DNA from: Balanoglossus misakiensis
Taxonomy: Eukaryota; Animalia; Hemichordata
Length of the DNA: 64,000 bases
NCBI GenBank assembly: GCA_040954595.2
Contig: CM082581.2
Coordinates: 620,001 to 684,000 of the forward strand
Direction of reading: 5' to 3'
The notes below the pieces were generated by a model. The model worked only from the letters and a program-made list of their open reading frames with translations, ran no database searches and was not told where the DNA came from. Both the position numbers and the translations under genes were made by a program. Below, piece by piece: positions 59,901 to 64,000 of this stretch; within the stretch, counting starts at the first letter, position 1; every line of letters begins with the position of its first letter.

Positions 59901-61526
59901 CAATCCCATAGGAGTGGTGAATGCTGTCTTGGGTTTATCTGTTTCGTGTACTTCAACCTGCCAATAGCCAGCAGTGAGATCCAACGTTGAAAAATACTTG
60001 GCCCCACCTAATGCTTCTAGGGCATCATCTATACGGGGTAAGGGGTAGGCATCCCTGATAGACCTCATGTTCAATTGTCTGTAGTCAATACAAATTCTCG
60101 CAGAGCCGTCCTTCTTTCTCACCACCACAATTGGACTTGAATATGGACTTTTGCTTGGTCTGATAACGCCTGCAGCAGCCATGTCTTCAATATGCTTCTT
60201 AACCTCTGAGTATTGTGCGGGAGGGATTCTGCGTGGAGGTATACGGAAAGGCTGACTGTCAATCATTGGGATTTCATGTTTAATAGTAGTTGTATGTCCA
60301 TAGTCTAGTGAATGCTTTGAGAATACATCAGCGTTCTTTTGAAGTAGTGCTTTCAACTGCTGTAGTTGTTCATCATTCTCCACTGCAGAACAAGTCACAT
60401 CTGGAAGAGAGTAACCACCAGACTTCTCACTCATATTGGTATTGTGGCACTGTGTCGTGGGCTGAAATTTACATGGCACATGTTCCCGTCTGCGTATCTC
60501 TCTTGTCCTATTCCTCTTTCTTCCTCTTTCAGGTACTGCAGGAAATTGTGTATTACTATTCTTTTCTTCCAGTTGGCTATCAAATCCAAGAGCCTCTTCA
60601 TTAATCACAGCATGCAGTTCAGCAAGATAGGTTTTTGGCCAAATCGTTACTGGTCTAGACGAGTAGTTGTACACTCTCACTGGAGTACGGCCATCTTCCA
60701 CGTCATTCAAAACTTTACCAACGGCAATTCCATTTGGCAACTGTTTAGACTGCGGGCTTTCGATGAGCGCTGTATATGGAACTCCAGCTCGAATTCTGGG
60801 TGCACGACATGGGACGTGAGCTTCCTCTCCTGGCTGTATGACCATAGGTCGGCGACCACAATATTTGGCTTGACCAATTCTACCCGAATTTCCACCTGGT
60901 TCAGATTTTCCAAGTTCCCTATAAGCTGCATACCACGCATGAGAGGATTCTTTTACCCTGCTGTGAAAACAATGACCGTGGAGGGCTCTCAGATCATTCT
61001 GGCTTGTGCGAATAACGTTTGTTCCAACTAGCAATGGCACATTTTGACGATACTCTGTTGTGGGAACGACAAATGCTGGTACTTGTGTATATGTTCTCCC
61101 GAGGAAAGTCAAATCAATGCGGATGACACCACGATGAGGAACATCATTTCCGGTAGCCCCTTCTATTGACACATCAGTAGATTCAGGTATCTGGCTGGCA
61201 AGGTGAGCATGCGTAGTGTAAAATGACTCTGTTACTGTAGTCACTTGTGATCCAGTGTCTATCAGAGCTGTACAGGTAACGCCATTCACCTCGACTTCTG
61301 TTTCGTTCAGTGGTCCTACAAACTGGTTTACCACGACTCTCAGCTGGCCAGAAGATGAATCAGTCTTTTCTGTGTGTGTGGGACTGGAATGGTTCCCGCC
61401 TGTGAAATGTCCCTCTTCCACAGGCTTTAGTCTTTTAACAGCTTGTCTCCCTGGATAGATGGTCTCAAAAGTGGTTTGGACCGGCAGCCTCTTGCTAGAT
61501 GTCCAGGCTGTCCGCAGCGGTGACAT
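56949..61526 (-). CDS. Gypsy pol (PR-RT-RNase H-integrase), probably made as a gag-pol -1 frameshift fusion
   Basis: 1525-codon ORF: ALIDTGSQV, LDLTAGYWQV, MPFGLQNAPATFQ, YLDDII, IDAS, TDNNPL, H...GH...C..C, SDQG, ERFN; S/T-rich tail. Confidence 0.95.
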   Translation of the reverse strand: MSPLRTAWTSSKRLPVQTTFETIYPGRQAVKRLKPVEEGHFTGGNHSSPTHTEKTDSSSGQLRVVVNQFVGPLNETEVEVNGVTCTALIDTGSQVTTVTESFYTTHAHLASQIPESTDVSIEGATGNDVPHRGVIRIDLTFLGRTYTQVPAFVVPTTEYRQNVPLLVGTNVIRTSQNDLRALHGHCFHSRVKESSHAWYAAYRELGKSEPGGNSGRIGQAKYCGRRPMVIQPGEEAHVPCRAPRIRAGVPYTALIESPQSKQLPNGIAVGKVLNDVEDGRTPVRVYNYSSRPVTIWPKTYLAELHAVINEEALGFDSQLEEKNSNTQFPAVPERGRKRNRTREIRRREHVPCKFQPTTQCHNTNMSEKSGGYSLPDVTCSAVENDEQLQQLKALLQKNADVFSKHSLDYGHTTTIKHEIPMIDSQPFRIPPRRIPPAQYSEVKKHIEDMAAAGVIRPSKSPYSSPIVVVRKKDGSARICIDYRQLNMRSIRDAYPLPRIDDALEALGGAKYFSTLDLTAGYWQVEVHETDKPKTAFTTPMGLYEANRMPFGLQNAPATFQRLMMACLGDQHFSTVLIYLDDIIIFSRTFEEHLDRMQLVFDRLREHGLKLKPQKCHLLKEEVHYLGHVVSANGISTDPEKTKVVEQWPKPSNRRDLLKYLGFTGYYRRFIKDYSKIAAPLFNLTSGDPRRRQKGKGQKKDVPPFIWTEACEDAFNCLKSKMLSAPILAYPDFSNPFTLQIDASSEGLGAVLAQRQDDKDRVIAYCSRGLRPPETRYPAHKQEFLCLKWAVTDKLREYLYGNQFTVLTDNNPLVYAMSTAKLDATGQRWVAQLAMFDFDIRYRPGKSNANADALSRIPQQEVAETLKAVCHVSKCVQDAVGNSTRDISSYADTIPSLTVKELRFHQQEDSSLREVIRAKSSSRKPGRRQLNDMSPEARLLLRQWDRLALQDGVLYRKISPPSGNETLQLVLPLQYRKDVFHKLHSEMGHLGCDKTLDLIRTRFYWPKMYTQVKVWCDQCERCNLRKSDVKTVRAPLVSVTTSEPLELVCIDFLTLEPSKGGFENVLIVTDHFSRYAQAYPTKNQKAETVAKVLWKNFMCQYGFPLRLHSDQGRNFESALIKELCQITNTVKSHTTPYHPEGNGMSERFNRTLMNMLGTLDPSQKRDWKEHLDALTHAYNCTRHESTGYAPFYLMFGRNPRLPIDVIFGTSSEPKENLGYGEYTHALRERLQDAYHQASNQATKARQKQKDQYDRKATAETLSIGDRVLVKLKEVGKHKIGDRWEKTPYLVTEKRPDLPVYVVKPESGGGQRVLHRNMLKLCSFLPIDGEKSTETAISSSSSPAIKSSMTDETEISDYEDGDCVEFTIVPGDATIAKYPAADQRRCSPLSHTSKPEDKSAHRAVESPCAPPTIPRSSTTQENAEDAVLSSDVVLSPQQPSPDVSADSTHTMHTSNTRCTTNDPTVQTQSPSTDTHSDSVMLDSSHTQNISSEEIAEPRIRRYPLRNRKPPQRYGFIMSLLSGTATAV
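61380..61439 (-). promoter_or_regulatory. Candidate -1 ribosomal frameshift signal (slippery heptamer plus hairpin/pseudoknot)
   Basis: G_TTA_AAA in gag frame just before the gag stop; 7-nt spacer; stem GCCTGTGGAA/TTTCACAGGC; loop GGGAC complementary to downstream GTCCC. Confidence 0.65.
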
Positions 61527-62701
61527 GCATAGTTTCTACCAACTGTCTGTGGGGAAAATCTACTTTCCAGTTCTGCGATTCTTTTGTTTTGTTCCTCTTG
61601 CTTAGCAACCATTGTTTGCAGCAGCTTGGTCACCTCCGCCAACTGTTGTCGATCATGCGACTCCCTTTCATCGGCCTTTGGTTTTCTGTTCTCAGTTGTC
61701 ACATGTGGCTGTGCCTGGGTTTTCTTGTGTCTCCCACTGGTTCTCCCTTCTCTGGAAATATACCGGAGCTCATCTCGTAGCTGCCTGAATGACATCTCCC
61801 GTACTCTCATTGGTGCTAACCGTTGAAATATTTCTTGGTCCCGTAGTCCCTTCATGAACTGTTGGGTGAGTTTATAGTCTCTGTCTGGAAACGGCCGACC
61901 ATGGTTGAGCTTGCCTTCCACGTTGCGAAGTTTATCTTCCAGTGCAATCGCAAAAGAGCATGGAGACTCGCCGGGATGCTGTGTTCTTTCGTAGAAATTT
62001 CCCATTGGATCACCTGACCACAAGCCATCCCCATATTCTGCACGCAGTTCATCGATCGCTCGCTGTAGGGTCTGTTCACCAACTGGTAGGTTGAGGACTA
62101 ATTTTCTGGCTTCACCGCTGAGATGACGAATGACCGTCGAAAATTTCAGCGTCTCCGGCATGGACCCAGCTACAAAAAGGTACTGAATATCTCTAATCCA
62201 GTCTTCCACCAAGACTTTACCATCGGGCGCACCGCTGAATATTGGAACACCACGTACTTGATGTGAGGATGTGATTCGGTAGTCTGGATATGCCTGTGTA
62301 CTTTGTGGTTGTTGGTGGGATGTAGGCATAAAATGTGCACGTCGGTGCATAGGGTGTTGTAATTGTGGATGAGCAGTATCAAATCCCCTTTGGTCCACAT
62401 ATGTATTACCATACCCAGCTAGATACGTATCATTCTGTATTTGTTGTTCATTGGGATTCAAATTTCGACCAGGCGTGTTATTAGTTACAGGTCTGTATTG
62501 TGTTGATGCTGCACTAGGCAACCCAATATTTTCAGCTGGGGTTAAGGGTGGTTGGGGTAACCAAGGGTCATGATAAGGCATACTGGGAACATTTTGCCCA
62601 TATGATGGCAGTGGATACTGAAAATTACTTGGTTGACTCATACTAATATCAGGTCCCACTAAATCAAATGTTATCAAATCATCACCCGGCGTATTCTGCA
62701 T
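61427..62701 (-). CDS. Gypsy gag (PNMA-like capsid, CCHC knuckle)
   Basis: First ATG at 62701; P/Q-rich N-terminus, FSG...EDW...L.GEA, Q.PGES..FA..LE, CHRCGQPGHLARGC. Confidence 0.9.
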   Translation of the reverse strand: MQNTPGDDLITFDLVGPDISMSQPSNFQYPLPSYGQNVPSMPYHDPWLPQPPLTPAENIGLPSAASTQYRPVTNNTPGRNLNPNEQQIQNDTYLAGYGNTYVDQRGFDTAHPQLQHPMHRRAHFMPTSHQQPQSTQAYPDYRITSSHQVRGVPIFSGAPDGKVLVEDWIRDIQYLFVAGSMPETLKFSTVIRHLSGEARKLVLNLPVGEQTLQRAIDELRAEYGDGLWSGDPMGNFYERTQHPGESPCSFAIALEDKLRNVEGKLNHGRPFPDRDYKLTQQFMKGLRDQEIFQRLAPMRVREMSFRQLRDELRYISREGRTSGRHKKTQAQPHVTTENRKPKADERESHDRQQLAEVTKLLQTMVAKQEEQNKRIAELESRFSPQTVGRNYACHRCGQPGHLARGCRSKPLLRPSIQGDKLLKD

Positions 62702-63286
62702 TTTGACAAACAATAATCAAGGAACACCAGTAATTTTGCTCAGTGAAATCCAACTATAAGAAAAAAATATAGGTCTGAATATCATATACGAAAAAAATCA
62801 AATACACTGTAAGAACCAGTTCAAAAAAATATAATCATACGCGAGAAACTGTAATAGCCAGTACAACCTTAATACAACAGACTGCACCTCTTCATTGCAT
62901 GGTGCCAAGTGTACTGAGCTATTGTCAAATGTACGCGTATTTATACTTATACAAAAATGAAGGAAAATATAAACCACTTCTGGTAAACAAAAAAAAATAT
63001 AGTAATCACTTAAATCGTACTCAGTTTGTATCAAAAAATAAAAATACGACGTTGTATTTTTAAGTATCACAATTCTCAATTCACTCCATTGCAAATCACT
63101 ACGGTTGGAAAACGTTCAACATGAAGAGTTCAAATGTAGGAACCTAGGAACATTCTTACATGAGTAGTGACATCTCGGTTTCCTCCACCATAGTTCCAGT
63201 CTTCATGTAGAATAAAATGGACTGCTGGTAGGTCTTCATCCAACCACAGGCAAATGATTCCACTAACCGAAGACAACAAAAGGAGA

Positions 63287-63304
63287 ATCCTGGTCTCGGC
63301 ACCA
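63287..63304 (-). promoter_or_regulatory. Primer-binding site, probably tRNA-His
   Basis: Minus-strand TGGTGCCGAGACCAGGAT, 2 nt after the 5' LTR; identical to 20626-20643. Confidence 0.82.
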
Positions 63305-63306
63305 AA

Positions 63307-63969
63307 TGTGACCCCTGGTATAGGCTTGGTAATGGTGTTGTCGTTAGGGCATTGCGTTGTGTAGTTTCAAACCCATTCGCTAAGGGGACACAGCTATACA
63401 CTGACCCGACACACATTAATGTACGTTCATGACGTTTATTTCTTTGGTCAGCGGCTCCATCTGTACTTGGCTGCTCGCATTGGCCAAGTCAGCAAAGAGA
63501 GAGAAAAGAATTACAATACTCACAAAACCAAAGAAAATATACAGAGCATACTTAACAGAAAATACTACGGCGCATAAGGTGCTTTCCGAGTCCAATATTC
63601 ACACATTTGCAGCAAAAATCACTGAACATTCTCTCAAAATATTACAGATGATGGTTCTTTAAACACTAAAACATCATTATATTTCAATTATAGTGGTGGA
63701 TGGCAATGATTCAATGCTTGCATGGGCGATTTAAAAGGAAGAGAAAAATATTACCAACCTGCTCGCATTGGCCAAGTCAGCAAAGAGACCGGTTGTGTCT
63801 CTTTGCCCCTTGAGGGCGCCGTACACCTGGCCAAAGTTCGCATGCAAATACGTTTAGTATTATGCAAATACTGGACAGTCATTGGGTGAACACCACCGTC
63901 AATGAACTATCAGAAACTAAGCATTATCTTTGTATTTATATTGGAAAATCACAAAAAATCCTGGTCACA
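63307..63969 (-). repeat. 5' LTR of Gypsy element
   Basis: Direct repeat of 56183-56845, adjacent to the PBS. Confidence 0.96.
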
Positions 63970-64000
63970 AATACAAAATTGCGTTTTTTTCGTTTTTGCA
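63970..64000. repeat. Macrosatellite AT block resumes
   Basis: AATACAAAATTGCGTTTT continues the sequence broken at 56182. Confidence 0.9.

Larger units (their letters stand above)
56183..63969 (-). mobile_element. Full-length Gypsy/Ty3 LTR retrotransposon, apparently intact
   Basis: 663-bp LTRs identical by eye with TGTGACC...GGTCACA termini; 4-bp TSD AATA (56179-56182 and 63970-63973); PBS; PPT (minus-strand AGGGGGG at ~56848-56854); open gag and pol. Confidence 0.97.

Overview
Eukaryotic (animal, probably invertebrate) repeat DNA with no host protein-coding gene visible. The backbone is a tandem array of about 20 copies of a ~2.06-kb composite macrosatellite. Each copy has a GC-rich block of alternating 81-bp monomers (162-bp dimer), a ~240-bp unique segment ending in a variable poly-G run, and a ~1-kb AT-rich block of degenerate ~165-bp subunits. 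Six mobile elements interrupt the array. (1) A decayed minus-strand BEL/Pao LTR retrotransposon (17651-31273) that has lost its 3' LTR. (2) Nested in its RT, a young plus-strand BEL/Pao element (20270-26852) with identical LTRs, a CTGTG target-site duplication (TSD) and non-canonical TA...TA termini. (3) A non-autonomous TAG...CTA terminal-inverted-repeat (TIR) element with a 3-bp TSD, Academ-like (49892-53219), which contains (4) a degraded L1/Tx1-type LINE fragment. (5) A Helentron-associated/DINE-1-like element (~53475-54627). (6) An intact minus-strand Gypsy element (56183-63969) with identical LTRs, a PNMA-like gag and a candidate -1 frameshift pseudoknot. The most intriguing observations are Pol III A/B-box-like motifs at tRNA-like spacing in the 81-bp monomer, the symmetric TA...TA LTR ends, and an identical 18-nt primer-binding site in the BEL and Gypsy elements. 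All comparisons were made by eye; family assignments rest on recalled motifs, not database searches.
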